Part shown: positions 28,407-40,498 of the stretch, piece after piece
How the letters are laid out: each line of letters opens with the position of its first letter
Position numbering within the stretch: the stretch's first letter is position 1
DNA from: Bdellovibrionales bacterium
GTDB lineage: Bacteria > Bdellovibrionota > Bdellovibrionia > Bdellovibrionales > JAUICD01
Length of the DNA: 64,000 nucleotides
NCBI GenBank assembly: GCA_965262715.1
Contig: OZ253553.1
Coordinates: 64,001 to 128,000 of the forward strand
Reading direction: 5' to 3'
Notes under the pieces: generated by a model
Databases searched by the model: none
What the model was told of the DNA's origin: nothing
The model's input: only the letters and a program-made list of their open reading frames with translations
Program-made: the position numbers and the translations under genes

Positions 28407-30535
28407 CTAGTTAGGATCTTGTGTAAAATAAGGTCTAAATCTATTTGTCATACTCTCAGAAGGTCCTTCATATACTGTATTTAATCTATCTCTTATTTCC
28501 GACAAAGCCTCGTATGTTGGTGGTATGGAGGTAGCAAAAGCATGTGATGCAGCCCTTAAATTAAGAATTAAGTTATTCATTCTATCTATTAATTCTCCAA
28601 GTGGGGGTCTGTCGGCGAATCTATCTTTAAATGTAAGGCCATTTATAGCATCTAACTCATCTCTGCTTTCGTCTATTAACTTTTGATTACAATTTTCATC
28701 ACACTGTAGATTAGTCATTATGCCTCTTAAATCAGGCACAATGTCTTCTAATCTCTCATGCATTCTTGTAAAATATAGCACTTCAACAAAATCTGGCCTT
28801 CTATCTAAATCATCCAGTACTTCTTGTGCTAACATTGGTACTTCAACCCCAGCCGGTTCTTCAACCGATAGTGATTCTGTGTAGTTGTCAGTAACGGGAT
28901 CGTTTCCAGCCGGTTCCGGTGCTACAGCCGATGGTGATTCTGTATAATCGTCTCCAGCCGGTTCTTCAACCGATAGTGATTCTGTGTAGTTGTCAGTAAC
29001 GGGATCGTTTCCAGCCGGTTCCGGTGCTACAGCCGATGGTGATTCTGTATAATCGTCTCCAGCCGGTTCTTCAACCGATAGTGATTCTGTGTAGTTGTCA
29101 GTAAATCGTTTCCAGCCGGTTCCGGTGCTACAGCCGATGGTGATTCTGTATAATCGTCTCCAGCCGGTTCTTTAACCGATAGTGATTCTGTGTAGTTGTC
29201 AGTAACGGGATCGTTTCCAGCCGGTTCCGGTGCTACAGCCGATGGTGATTCTGTATAATCGTCTCCAGCCGGTTCTTCAACCGATAGTGATTCTGTGTAG
29301 TTGTCGTTAGGTACAGCCCATGTTCCATCATCAGTATCATTTATTGGTGCTTCTACCGTTGTTGGTATTTCCCCGTCGGGAACATATCTTGTATCATCAC
29401 CAAATCTGTCACGTACTTGCACCTCTAAATCTACTAGTTCATCTCTTATATCTATGATCCGTCCTGTATATTCTGTAGCATCTATTGTAAGAGCTAAATC
29501 ATTGATGTTCTGATATATTGCATTCAAAGCATAAATCAAATCCCATAATATACTTGCAGTGATCGTCTCAAATGCCTGTGGTGTATATCTTATATTATTA
29601 AATTGATTATTTATGATTTCACATAGATCAATAGCATCAGCATTTGGGCATAGCTCATCAAATAGGCTGGATAGCTTATTTAAAATACTTGTAAAGGAAC
29701 CACTCTCAAAGGAATCATTCTGAGAAGCAATTAAATCTATCTCTGAAAAGTCTGTGTCTTCTGGTACATATATTCGCACGTCGGGGTTTCTTTCATCGTC
29801 AGAACCGAATAACATTGGCAACAAACTTGATGTGATTGGATCTAAACCCAATGCCATGAGCTTTTCATTGGCAAAGCTTAGAAAATCACGAATATCTCTG
29901 GTCTCAGAGTAGGTCTCATCGGTGACCAGAGGTGTGTAAGTCTCATATTCAGAGCTTAACATAGCCAAGCTTGTTTGTGTAAAAATCCTTATAAATTCCA
30001 AGGCTTGTTGAGTTTGGTTGTATCTGGCTTGGGCCTCATCAAAAGGGATTTGTCCTAGTCTTTCCCATCTATTGCTTATTTCCTGTAATGCAGCTTCCAT
30101 CTCATCAACCATTTCAGGATTGCTTTCGTTTTGAATTCCTTGTGTTATTCTGTTTTGAGCTTGTTCGTATTCTTCTTTGACAAGGTTGTTCCATCTATAG
30201 CTTGCTTGTTGTAGCTGGCCATACATGGTTTTATCTAACTCCCGTAAAACAGCAAAAGGAGTTTGATCAGCATCATTGACAGCCAATAGATTGGCACCTT
30301 CCATAATAAGAGCTATCAGAGCATATATATTTTGAGGGTTAGCAGCCGCAACATGCAAGGGGGTTGTGGGTCGTCCGTTTTCATCAAGACAGTCTTGATT
30401 GACATCCCATCCTTGTGCGTAAATACCTGTATATATCTTAGAGGTTGCAATATTTTGCCACAGGCTAGGATCACAAAAATCTGCTTTCACATTAGAAAAA
30501 CTACAAACAATAAATAAAAATATGAAATATTTCAT
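28407..30535 (-). pseudogene. Secreted ankyrin-motif protein with 35-aa acidic repeats, frameshifted
   Basis: Signal peptide, TPLHVAA; the two ORFs join if the 4 bp missing at ~29104 are restored. Confidence 0.75.
28849..29305. repeat. 105-bp coding tandem repeat, about 4.4 copies
   Basis: Unit starts near 28849, 28954, 29059, 29160, 29265; one unit is 101 bp. Confidence 0.92.
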
Positions 30536-31006
30536 GGTTTTATATCTCCCTTAGGAATTTATGGTTGTGATTTCAAAATCACACCTTACATTTTTTAAAA
30601 GCTACTTTTACGGCAGTTATCGTTGAAAGTCAAGGTTTTTAAAGTCCAATGAAAACTTTTCATTATCTTGGATAAAGACTTAAATTTGCTTTTTTTTTGA
30701 CTATATTCACTCATTGATTAAGTGAGGAAAGATAAGCCTACAAAGCCTTTTTAGTCTAGCTTGATCTTCTCTAGGGCTTAACTCTACCGGACAAAGAACG
30801 ACTTGAAAACGACTCATATCTTTTAACATTTCGTGCGATATAATAGTCATTGAACTTGTCTTTATGCCTCGCGTTATTTTTTTATGTAGCATCAAACTCA
30901 ATGATTAAATCTAAAATACCTATTTTGGTATCTATCAGGATAACTCCATTACTGTTTAATTCAACGAATGGTTGAAACTGTGTATTATCTTTGAATTCAT
31001 TGCAGG

Positions 31007-31243
31007 ATTGAAGGACACTTCACAGAAAGAGAAGTTTCTGCAGCTGTAAAAGTAATTGAAAAAGTAACAGGAAAAAAACGTAAAGTAAGAGGAAGACCCA
31101 TAAAAGTAGAAAAAAACAAATATGTTCCTATTTCTATCAGATTACATCCAAGAGTTTTAAAGTGGGCTAAAAAAGAAGCGAAAGAAAAAAAAGTTGGTTA
31201 TCAAAGTATCATAAATGAGGTGTTAATAAAAAAATCTATTTAA
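31007..31243 (+). pseudogene. BrnA-like antitoxin fragment (not in ORF track)
   Basis: Hand translation RGRP...VPISIRLHPRVLKWAK...VGYQSIINEVL; no standard start codon. Confidence 0.6.
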
Positions 31244-31424
31244 GTTTCAACAATCTAGCTTCATGATAAGTGAATATCAAAGCAGCAAATAAAACAAATG
31301 ATACATTATGTTTCTTAAATCATCAAAAGGGTAACTTTGTGTTAGTGAGTTTTCTAGCAAGGTCTTCTAATGATGAAAGTCTTTTTTTTAATGCCCTTCT
31401 TCTCAACATTAAATAAAAACTCTT

Positions 31425-32418
31425 TTAGTTTCGCTGAGCGGCATTTAAGGTATTTATCATTTCATCTATACCCATAATTCTATCTAAAATAGCAAAGCGA
31501 TGATGATAGTCTGTTGCAGCAGCCTCTGACTTGAACAAATATGGGTCATTATAAAACCCTCTATACGTTGTTAAATAAATAGCCACTGTTTGAGCAAAGT
31601 CTTGCTCAATATCATACTCTATCATCTTCAGAAAGCCTAATCTCGCCATAAGTGAAGGTACCATCTCTTACAATAGCATCATGCCACTCTTGGCTAGAAT
31701 AACCAGAACCAGGGTGCCTTGCAATTAAATGTCCCAATTCATGTCGCATTGTTTGAGTAGCTTTAGCTCTATATCTTGCATCTTGGAAATCATAATAGAA
31801 ATCGACTTGAATTGCGTTATAAATAAGATAAGCAATACCACTGTCATCATTATTGATAACTCTTGGTGACAATTGAGGAAACATTTGTTGTAGCCAGGTG
31901 TTCTCGAGGCTCTCATTAAAATCAGGTATAAAACTACTTGAACTAGCTAAAAACTCACCACGGTTTCTATGAGAATCAACTTCCCTTTTTATCTTAATAA
32001 AATGCACTTCACTTAACCATCTCTCCGGCATCTTACCCAAAATAGCTCTAACTTCTTGAAGTATTTCTGAAGAAGAATGTTCCCTACTTTCTTCAACAGC
32101 AAGTATTAAAGACTTCTGCTGTCCATTTGCTAAAAAGGAAACATCATAAATATGATAACAAGTATCATTGAAAGGTAGTTCTTCCGGTATATCAATATCA
32201 CATGCATACTGCATTCTTATATCTTGTAAAAAGTATCCAAGTGTCAAATCTGCCACAAATAGAGTATATAACTCTCTTGTTCTTATGTTTGATTCACCGA
32301 CATGTTGTGCCTCCATCAGTTTGGACAACTCCGGGTCTATTGCCTCTTAAGCAAAAGTAGGTAAAGCAAAGCTATAAACAAATAAACTAAAAACCAAAAT
32401 ATTTCTAAAAAGTTTCAT
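31425..32418 (-). pseudogene. Secreted HELGH metallopeptidase-like gene with a TAA after the signal peptide and a 3' frameshift
   Basis: MKLFRNILVFSLFVYSFALPTFA*EAIDPEL is in frame with ORF 31612-32328; tail continues in 31425-31664. Confidence 0.72.
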
Positions 32419-32694
32419 AATTTTCACCTCTAATAAATTCATAAAATATGATTGCTAGATTTCTATTCAAAAGAATCTCATTCAAAAGAACCTCTATAAA
32501 TAACAATGATGTCATATACAGGCAATAAGTTATACACTCCAAAACCTATCTTAAATATCAACGATCAACAATAAGGCCTTGAAAAACCACATGGTCAAAT
32601 AAGTTCTCGTGTATGAGGTATACAACCATAAGAGTCAAGAAAAATCTATAAAAATGCAATACGCCGATAGTCATTTTAGTCAATGTTTCCATGA

Positions 32695-32995
32695 TTTCCT
32701 CCTGTTTTTAAAAATCTGTGTATATTCTTTATGATTTTATGCTCTCTTAATGCCCTTAAAATAGAGCTTTTTGACCATGAAAATTGAGTGAGTCCTCAAT
32801 ATCACGAGTGGAAAGTTTAAGATCAACATAAAGTTTTAAGTAAAATTCTAGTGGTTATTTCTGGAATATTAAGAAAATGTGTAATAAATGTAGAAGCAGA
32901 TATGAATGCTATAAATGGAGATGGCAATAAACCACTTATAGAGGTTATGAATAGAAACAATGTTCATGAGATAACAGTAGCTTTAATAAAATAAA
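32695..32995. pseudogene. Remnant R1 (minus) abutting an ankyrin-repeat fragment (plus)
   Basis: R1 homology; VEADMNAINGDGNKPLIEVM. Confidence 0.45.
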
Positions 32996-33084
32996 AGAAG
33001 ATGAGAATAGAAATAAACCAATTTGTTATGACCGTCTCATGAATTACTTTTATGCCTGTGATTGATAGCAAATGAAGGAATGTT

Positions 33085-34065
33085 ATGATCAGTGAAGCAG
33101 ATATTATTCATCGGATAAAAAACAGTTTTCCAAAGTATATTGGTCATGATACAGCAGAAATCGATGTGCCAACAGATTCATGTTGTGTTGTGACTAAAGA
33201 CCTTTTAATTGATAATATTCATTTTTGCACAAACTATGTTGAACCAAAGAGTTTGGCTTATAAAGCTCTGCATGCAAATTTAAGTGATCTGGCAGCGAGT
33301 GGCACACAACCTAAATTTATTATACTAGGACTATCTATTCCTAAATCCAAAGAGACCTATGTTTATGAATTTATAGATCACTTTCTAAGACTTTGTAAGT
33401 CTGAAAAAGTAGACATTATTGGAGGTGATACCACTGCAAGTCAATCCAGTTTATTCATCAGTATCACAGCTATTGGCTATACCCAAAAAGGTCATAGAAA
33501 AATAAGGTGCGGTGCTAAAAAGAATGATTTGATCTGCATTACAGGACCCATAGGCAAATCACATTTAGGTTTTTTAGCACTGGAAAATAAAGTAAATGGA
33601 TTGCTTGAATTTAAAAAGAGCTTTCTTTTCCCAAAAGCAAAGGTACAAGAAGGTATTTGGCTTGGAAAACACAGTACTGTCACGAGTATGATGGATATCT
33701 CTGATGGGCTTTTTATTGATTTAAAGCGTTTAGCAGAAACTTCAAAAGTTAGGGCAGAAATCAATTTGAACAAGTTGCCATTATCAGAGCCATTTATAAA
33801 GGCTTGTGAATTTTTGAAACTTAACCCTTTTAATATATTACTTATTGGAGGTGAGGACTATGGCTTGTTGTTTACAATACAAAAAGAGTATTTCACAAAA
33901 GTATCTCATCAATTTTTTAACACATTTGGTTATCAAATTCATTGTATCGGTAAAGTTGAGGATGGTGATGGTATAAATATTAAAAAGTGTGGTAATAAAA
34001 TTAACTTACCTTTAAAGCCATTTTCTCATTTTGGAGAAGACTTGGACTTACAAAGTCTAAAATAG
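33085..34065 (+). CDS. thiL: Thiamine-monophosphate kinase
   Basis: NLSDLAASG, IIGGDT, MMDISDGL, GGEDYGL. Confidence 0.93.
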   Translation: MISEADIIHRIKNSFPKYIGHDTAEIDVPTDSCCVVTKDLLIDNIHFCTNYVEPKSLAYKALHANLSDLAASGTQPKFIILGLSIPKSKETYVYEFIDHFLRLCKSEKVDIIGGDTTASQSSLFISITAIGYTQKGHRKIRCGAKKNDLICITGPIGKSHLGFLALENKVNGLLEFKKSFLFPKAKVQEGIWLGKHSTVTSMMDISDGLFIDLKRLAETSKVRAEINLNKLPLSEPFIKACEFLKLNPFNILLIGGEDYGLLFTIQKEYFTKVSHQFFNTFGYQIHCIGKVEDGDGINIKKCGNKINLPLKPFSHFGEDLDLQSLK

Positions 34066-34123
34066 AACTTTAAAAAAATTATTTATACCTCTTTTTTTAC
34101 TAAATTTTTTAGTCTTTAAATTT

Positions 34124-34362
34124 TGTAACTTCAAATCGCAAGTGCAACACTTTTGTGTTTATAGATATTTTTAAAAGTTGTATCATTTTAGGATTAATAT
34201 TCCAACAAAGTTTTAATTACCATGAAAGATTATTGTAAATTATTTAATTTGAATGAATGTATTTTGATATTTATGGCAAAGTCTCGTAGTCCTCGAGCTA
34301 AAGCTCTGTGTAAGAACGATCCTTTGCCATAAACATCAAGATTTACTTACTAAAAACTGTAA
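34124..34362. mobile_element. Orphan IS30 end (diverged copy of 15194-15430)
   Basis: tgtaacttcaaatcgcaagtgcaacac identical; about 240 bp collinear. Confidence 0.85.
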
Positions 34363-34856
34363 TACCACACCACAGTATGAATATAAAAAAGATACATAGC
34401 TGAAGTCATTAGTGGAGATGTCCAATATTTCAGCTACTCCACCAGTTTTTCTAAGAATTGGAACACCTGACTTTTTTAATGATAAGCAAGAGAGCGTGTT
34501 ACCTCATAATAAATTATTATGATAAGGTTTTGTTGACTATTTTCTCATATTTCTCTAACCTTTATTATATACATATTCTTTAAATCTTTCTGCAACAAAG
34601 CTATAAGGAATTATTATTAGAAGCCATCTCAAGAATAACGTTTTATAATATTTAAGAAGTCGAATTGTAAGAGGTTGTTTTGAAAACGTGAGCAAGTGAG
34701 TTTTCTGGCAAGTTCTTCTGATGACCGAAATCTCTTTTAATTCTCTTCGCCGTCAGCCTCTAACACTACTCTACTGGTATAGGGCCATCGCCTGAGGTTT
34801 ACCTGGATTCAGTTTGCGATTCTGCGTTGCCGTTGTTATCATCAGAGAGAACATTT

Positions 34857-35771
34857 TCATCGGATAGTAATATCCCATCTATTATCTGGTACATCTTCCG
34901 TTGTTTCGGCATTCGCTCTTGTATCATTACCAAATCTGTTACGTACTTCCACCTCTGAAGTTACTAATTCATTTCTTATATCCATGATCTGTTCTGTATA
35001 GTCTACAGGATTTGTTCTAAGAACTAAATCATTGATGTTCTGATATATTGCACTCAAATCATGAATCATATCCCATAATATACTTGCAGTGATCGTCACT
35101 TCAAATGTTTGTGGTGTGTATTTTAAACCATTAAACGCACTGACTCGAGCTTCTATGAGTTCACACAGATCAATATTAGCATTTGGACATAGCTGATCGA
35201 ATAAGTTTCTTAAATCATTAAAGAGGCTGAATAGCCTGTTTAAAATACCTACAGTGAGATCATCTTCATTAAAAGGGGTTTGTCCTAGTTTTTTCCATCT
35301 ATCGCTTATTTCCTGTAATGCAGCCTCCATCTCATCAACTACTTCAGGATTGCTTTCATTTTGAATTCCTTGTGCTATTCTGTTTTGAGCTTGCTCATAT
35401 TCTTCTTCGACAAGGTTGTTCCATCTGTAGCTTGCTTGTTGTAGTTGGCCATACATAGCTTTATCTAATTCCCATAAAACAGCATAAGGAGTTTGACCAG
35501 CATCATTGACAGCCAATACGTTCGCGTCTTCCATAATAAGAGCCGGAGCATACATATTTTGAGTGTTAGCAACCGCAACATACAAGGGGGTTGTGGGTCG
35601 TCCGTTTTCATCAAGACAATCTTGGTTGACATCCCATCCACGTACATAAATACCTGTATGTATCTGAGAGGTTACAATATTTTGCCACAGGCTAGGATCA
35701 CAAAAATCTGCTTTTACACTTTTCACACTAGAAAAACTACAAACAATAAATAAACATATGAAATATTTCAT
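34857..35771 (-). CDS. Shorter paralog of the 28407-30535 secreted protein, probably degenerate
   Basis: ADFCDPSLWQNI... shared; upstream ~260 bp also paralogous. Confidence 0.7.
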   Translation of the reverse strand: MKYFICLFIVCSFSSVKSVKADFCDPSLWQNIVTSQIHTGIYVRGWDVNQDCLDENGRPTTPLYVAVANTQNMYAPALIMEDANVLAVNDAGQTPYAVLWELDKAMYGQLQQASYRWNNLVEEEYEQAQNRIAQGIQNESNPEVVDEMEAALQEISDRWKKLGQTPFNEDDLTVGILNRLFSLFNDLRNLFDQLCPNANIDLCELIEARVSAFNGLKYTPQTFEVTITASILWDMIHDLSAIYQNINDLVLRTNPVDYTEQIMDIRNELVTSEVEVRNRFGNDTRANAETTEDVPDNRWDITIR

Positions 35772-36312
35772 GGTTTTATAACCCCTCTTAGGAATTTATG
35801 ATTGTGATTCCAGAATCACACCTTGCACTTTTAGAGCAATTATCGTTGAAGGTCAAGGTTTTTAAAGCCCAATGAAAACTTTTCATCATCTTACATAAAG
35901 ACTTAAATTTACTTTCTTTTTCTGAGTGTATTTATTGATAAATGAGGATAAATAAGCCTATAAAGCCTTTTTAATTTAACTTTATTTTCTTCAGGGCTTA
36001 ATTCTATTGGATTAAAAGTGACCTGAAGATGAGAATTTATTGATGAGCATTTATATACCAATTCTTTCCCATTAAAAATCTTTCTAAAGATACTTTCATG
36101 CTCTGTAGAGCAACAATTAAATACATTGTAAGTATTGTCATAAACCTATCCTTCATGAAGATTCTCTTTTCAAATAAACAGCAAGTGACAGTATCCTTTC
36201 AACGACTAATGAACATAAAAAATGCGTTTATCTACATTTCTAAAGATCGTTGAAGTTTTTTTCAAATGCCATAGTCACCATCATAGATAATGACTGATCA
36301 TTGTTTTAGGGT

Positions 36313-37254
36313 TTAACTTTTAAAAGAGCTTACTAAATTTTTAACTGCGCTTTCCCAGCTTGAAAATTCAAATTTAAAACCCAAATTAATCAGTTTTGTT
36401 GGAACAACTCGACGGCTTTTTAAAATAAGCTCTGTATCTGTTCTTAAAAAAAATGCACCAACTTCTGCCATCCATCTGGTTGCTGGAAGTCCTATTCTAA
36501 TGCCCCATGCTGATCTTAGTGATGCCATAAAGTTTAATTGCTTTATAGGCTTAGGAGAGGATAGGTTAACTATGCCTTTTATATCCTCTTTTGTAATAAA
36601 AAATTCTATAGCACGTATAAAGTCACTAGCATGTATCCATGAGACATATTGTTGTCCGCCGTTAATAGCTCCACCTAACCTCATTCGAGTCAATGAAAGG
36701 AGTACATTAAAGACTCCTTTTTTGCTTGTACTCATAACCATTGCTGTTCTCATTATAATTTTTCGAGTAAATGGTGTTTTAAACTTTATAAGGGCTTTTT
36801 CCCATGCTTTAGCTATTTCAATACTATAACTCCAGTAGTCAGGAACATTTGGTTCATTACCACCAATAATACCTGTGTATTCATCGTTATCTTTATCAAA
36901 AGAATGAGCATAAATAGTTGCGGTACTCATTTGAAGCCAAAGCTTAGGAGGCTTCTTTGCTTTTGAAATTGCTTGTCCAAGAATATGAGTTGAATTCACT
37001 CTGGAATCCATCATCTCTTTTAAATTTTTACTGTGATATCTACAATTCACGCTTCTTCCAGCAAGATTTATAACAACATCGCTACCATCAATTTCATTTT
37101 GCCATTTTCCTAAGGTTTTTACGTTCCAAGTTATATATGGTAGAGATACACTTTTGGACCTGGTTAATACTCGTACCTCATGTTTTTTAGTTTGAAAATG
37201 TTGAAGAAGTATATCTCCAAGGTGACCACTTCCTCCTGCAATAATAATTTTCAT
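36313..37254 (-). CDS. TIGR01777-family NAD-dependent epimerase (DUF1731)
   Basis: IAGGSGHLG, VINLAGRSVNCR, SWIH, KSRRVVP. Confidence 0.9.
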   Translation of the reverse strand: MKIIIAGGSGHLGDILLQHFQTKKHEVRVLTRSKSVSLPYITWNVKTLGKWQNEIDGSDVVINLAGRSVNCRYHSKNLKEMMDSRVNSTHILGQAISKAKKPPKLWLQMSTATIYAHSFDKDNDEYTGIIGGNEPNVPDYWSYSIEIAKAWEKALIKFKTPFTRKIIMRTAMVMSTSKKGVFNVLLSLTRMRLGGAINGGQQYVSWIHASDFIRAIEFFITKEDIKGIVNLSSPKPIKQLNFMASLRSAWGIRIGLPATRWMAEVGAFFLRTDTELILKSRRVVPTKLINLGFKFEFSSWESAVKNLVSSFKS

Positions 37255-37296
37255 AAAGCCTCCATATCATTATACTATAAATTAAATTTTTTATTT

Positions 37297-37998
37297 TCAC
37301 TTATCTTCTATATTGTTATTTTTTCCTGAATCTGGCATAAAATCTTCTAAAACTGATAAGGTTTTTTTCCTAAGAGGAGCCATAAATGGGTTTTGAAAAG
37401 TTTGATTTATTAAACTTATCAGTTGCACTGTTTTATTGATGACTTTGAAAGTTTTTTCCGAATTTTCAGAGTTATCATAAATCTAAAATAAAATGATTCC
37501 CATTTGATAAAGCCATAAATAGTTAGGTAGTATTTTTTTTAATTTGGGATGTATTTTTTCCTGACATCCTTTGACAACGTCTTCAAATATTTTTAGAGAT
37601 TTGAGCTTTAGTTGTTGAGATTCTTTACTCCATGGAGAAAGTGAGCTTTGAGGATTGGCTGCTATTTGATAAAGCGCACGTGCCATTTTCTTGTAGGGTT
37701 GTGCAACTTCAATTTTAGTGGTTAGTACTTTTTGAAGTCTTTTTTCAAATGCTCCTTCATTTTCTAAAAAATTACCAAGTGCTTTTATATGTTCATCATG
37801 GGATTGTTTATAATATTCATAAACAAAACTTTCTTTACTTTCAAAATAATAATAAGTCGTCCCTAATGCTACCCCTGCTTCGGATGCAATAGCTCTCATA
37901 GTTGTGTTTTTGAATCCTTTCTGTGAGATCATTCTAGTTGCAACTCGAAATAATTTTTCTTTGGTTGTTTCTGTTTTATGGGTTGTATATTTGTGCAT
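37297..37998 (-). pseudogene. TetR-family regulator with internal TAG
   Basis: HTH TTMRAIASEAGVALGTTYYYF; frame continues GIILF*IYDNS... to TGA at 37297. Confidence 0.8.
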
Positions 37999-38008
37999 TT
38001 AAACTACC

Positions 38009-38082
38009 TTTTGAACATGTTCAAAAAAGTGATAGCATATGACATTATTAAAATGCAAGACATTTTTTGAACATGTTCAAAA
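38009..38082. promoter_or_regulatory. Two perfect TTTTGAACATGTTCAAAA palindromes (likely TetR operators)
   Basis: 38009-38026 and 38065-38082, immediately upstream of tetR. Confidence 0.8.
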
Positions 38083-38624
38083 TAATGCTATACCACCTAA
38101 CTTTTTGTTATAAATAGGGTTTTTCTAATCGTGAGTTTGGCAGTTGAAAAAAAATAAAGTTGAGTAATTTTAATTATTTAAAGATTATTAATTGGTAGAG
38201 ATAGATAAAAGGGTATCCAAATCTCAAAAGGTTTTATCTCAAATAAGAAATAGATTATGATATTGACAATTAGCTTATTTGAAGTAGACATAGAATATGG
38301 ATAAGGTAAAACCTTTAAAGAGAGTAAATAAACGATCTCTCTATACTTGTTTTTAAATCGATAAACTTTAAAAAGCAAGTGAGCTATGAAAAATTTACAA
38401 GATTGTTAAAAACTCTAACTAGCAGTTTGTAAAATATACGCTTTTGGTTTATAATTGCCCTTAGTCCAAATTCGAAGTTAAATTGAAATATGAAAAATTA
38501 AAGAAGAAAACAGAAAAAGCACCCATAAAGAATTTTTCATTTATTTTACCAATTTTATAATCCCTTAGAATTATGAGATGAAAAAATTTGGAGATTTATA
38601 AAATTACTATATTGGAAATTTAAT

Positions 38625-40397
38625 ATGTATTTTAAAACTTTATATATCATTACTTGTATTTTGTTGTGTATAGGATGTAATCCTAAAAAAGATAAGCCTC
38701 CCATCAATACACCCCCCTCTGGCAATAATAAAAGCTTACAGGGAGGTGGTAGTTCAGGCAATAATGAAGGGTCACAAAAAGGTAGCAGTACAATCTATGC
38801 TGGGGTAGTACTAAATGAAGCTGAAGTTCCAGATGAGTTTTTAACAGCTCTTATTCTTTTAGATGCGGAAACTGTATCAAGTCATTTAAACAATGGAATT
38901 AGTTCAAATGATAGAATAGATAAAAGATATAATGATGACGAGCCAGGTATAACAGCTTTAATGTTATCCACTATAACACCCTATTTTATTATTGAAGATC
39001 CATCTCAAGATATGGAAGAAGCTACTTCCTCTTTATCTATAGATGAGAGAAGAGAAGAAGTATTAAATATTTTGATGAATAATGATGCAGATATAAATGC
39101 AAAAAATCGCTTTGGTCAAACTGTTTTAATATTTTTTATTGATCTGATGATAAATCATCATAGTTTTGGTTATGTAGAAGACACAGTTCTATCTGTATCA
39201 CCACTAAGCCTTAAAAATGAAATAGAAAAACCAAGTGATGAATTATTTAGAGATAGTAGATATACACCTCCTATATTATTGGACGACGGAATGGTAATAC
39301 ACCATGACCATATCCTTCAAGCAAGGACATTTCAATACCTCATTGATAGAGGTGCTGATGTAAATGCTACAGATAAAAATGGTCTAACGGCTCTCACATA
39401 TTTCTTTAAAGAAGTAGAAGACAGGAATTTTTTTGATAACGATAATTATCATTCAACCCAGATAAGGATATTACAAATACTTATCGATAAAGAAGTTAAT
39501 GTGGATGCTACAGATGAAGATGACTTAACACCTCTAATAAAAATATTTATACAAGCTGAAAGAAGAAAGGATCATCTTGACGAAGTATATCTGAAAACCC
39601 TTTCGCAAATATCAGAGCTGTTGATTGGAGCAGGAGCTGATGTGAATGCTACAGATCAACAAAGGCGAACAGGCTTGATAATAATAACAGAACTTATGTC
39701 ATATCTTGCTCGTCGCGATATAGTATTGGAAGAGGGGCCTTTTATACTAAATTTAGTTGGAGGAAGAAGCGCAATTAATCCCAGTGGTAGTAGAAATAGA
39801 AATTCTGGGAGTAGTAGTACAGGAAGTAGTGGATATGGAACCTCTGCAGGAAGTGGTAGTACGGGAGGTGAAAGACTTGGAAGAGATTATATTGGTAGTA
39901 GTACATCCTTTATACAATTATTTATAGACGCTAATCGATTTATTGACTTATCTAATTTACTAGATATAGTAAACAGCTTGATTGCAGCAGGAGCTGCTCT
40001 GGATGTTACAGATGAAGATGGTAAAACAGCTTTAATACATTTATTAGAATTAGCTAGTGAAAGATCAGATTTTGATATTTTAAAGATAGTCCAAGCGTTT
40101 GTTGCAGCAAATGCAAATATACATGCTGCGGATAACAATGGCAATACAGCATTGACACTTACTATTGAAGCTGAAAATCTAGATATAGATAAAAAATTAG
40201 ACATTATAAAGATACTTCTTTGTTCTGGAGATGCTTTAATTAACCAACAGCAAATTGAAGATCAAGTCAGGAATCAAATTGAACATTTATTACAAACAAA
40301 ACAAGCATTATCATTATCATCCCTACCAATATTTATTCAGTTGTGGAATGTTTTCCTTTTTAGTGGTCAACCTACGATAGAAGACCTTTGTAGATAA
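38625..40397 (+). CDS. Ankyrin-repeat lipoprotein
   Basis: LCIGC lipobox; multiple GADVNATDKNGLTAL-type repeats; Gly/Ser linker. Confidence 0.85.
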   Translation: MYFKTLYIITCILLCIGCNPKKDKPPINTPPSGNNKSLQGGGSSGNNEGSQKGSSTIYAGVVLNEAEVPDEFLTALILLDAETVSSHLNNGISSNDRIDKRYNDDEPGITALMLSTITPYFIIEDPSQDMEEATSSLSIDERREEVLNILMNNDADINAKNRFGQTVLIFFIDLMINHHSFGYVEDTVLSVSPLSLKNEIEKPSDELFRDSRYTPPILLDDGMVIHHDHILQARTFQYLIDRGADVNATDKNGLTALTYFFKEVEDRNFFDNDNYHSTQIRILQILIDKEVNVDATDEDDLTPLIKIFIQAERRKDHLDEVYLKTLSQISELLIGAGADVNATDQQRRTGLIIITELMSYLARRDIVLEEGPFILNLVGGRSAINPSGSRNRNSGSSSTGSSGYGTSAGSGSTGGERLGRDYIGSSTSFIQLFIDANRFIDLSNLLDIVNSLIAAGAALDVTDEDGKTALIHLLELASERSDFDILKIVQAFVAANANIHAADNNGNTALTLTIEAENLDIDKKLDIIKILLCSGDALINQQQIEDQVRNQIEHLLQTKQALSLSSLPIFIQLWNVFLFSGQPTIEDLCR

Positions 40398-40498
40398 TAA
40401 TAAAAGAAAAAATAGTTATCAAAGCATCATAAAAGAGGTATTAATAAAAAAATATATTTGAATACTAAAAATCTCACTTTTATGATAAGTGAATATCT

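Noticed and set aside
25431..37485. Stop-codon recoding (in-frame TAG at 25431 and 37483, TAA near 32348)
   Set aside because: Each is one transition away from TGG or CAA; TAG and TAA end intact genes such as thiL and atpG, so decay or error is simpler
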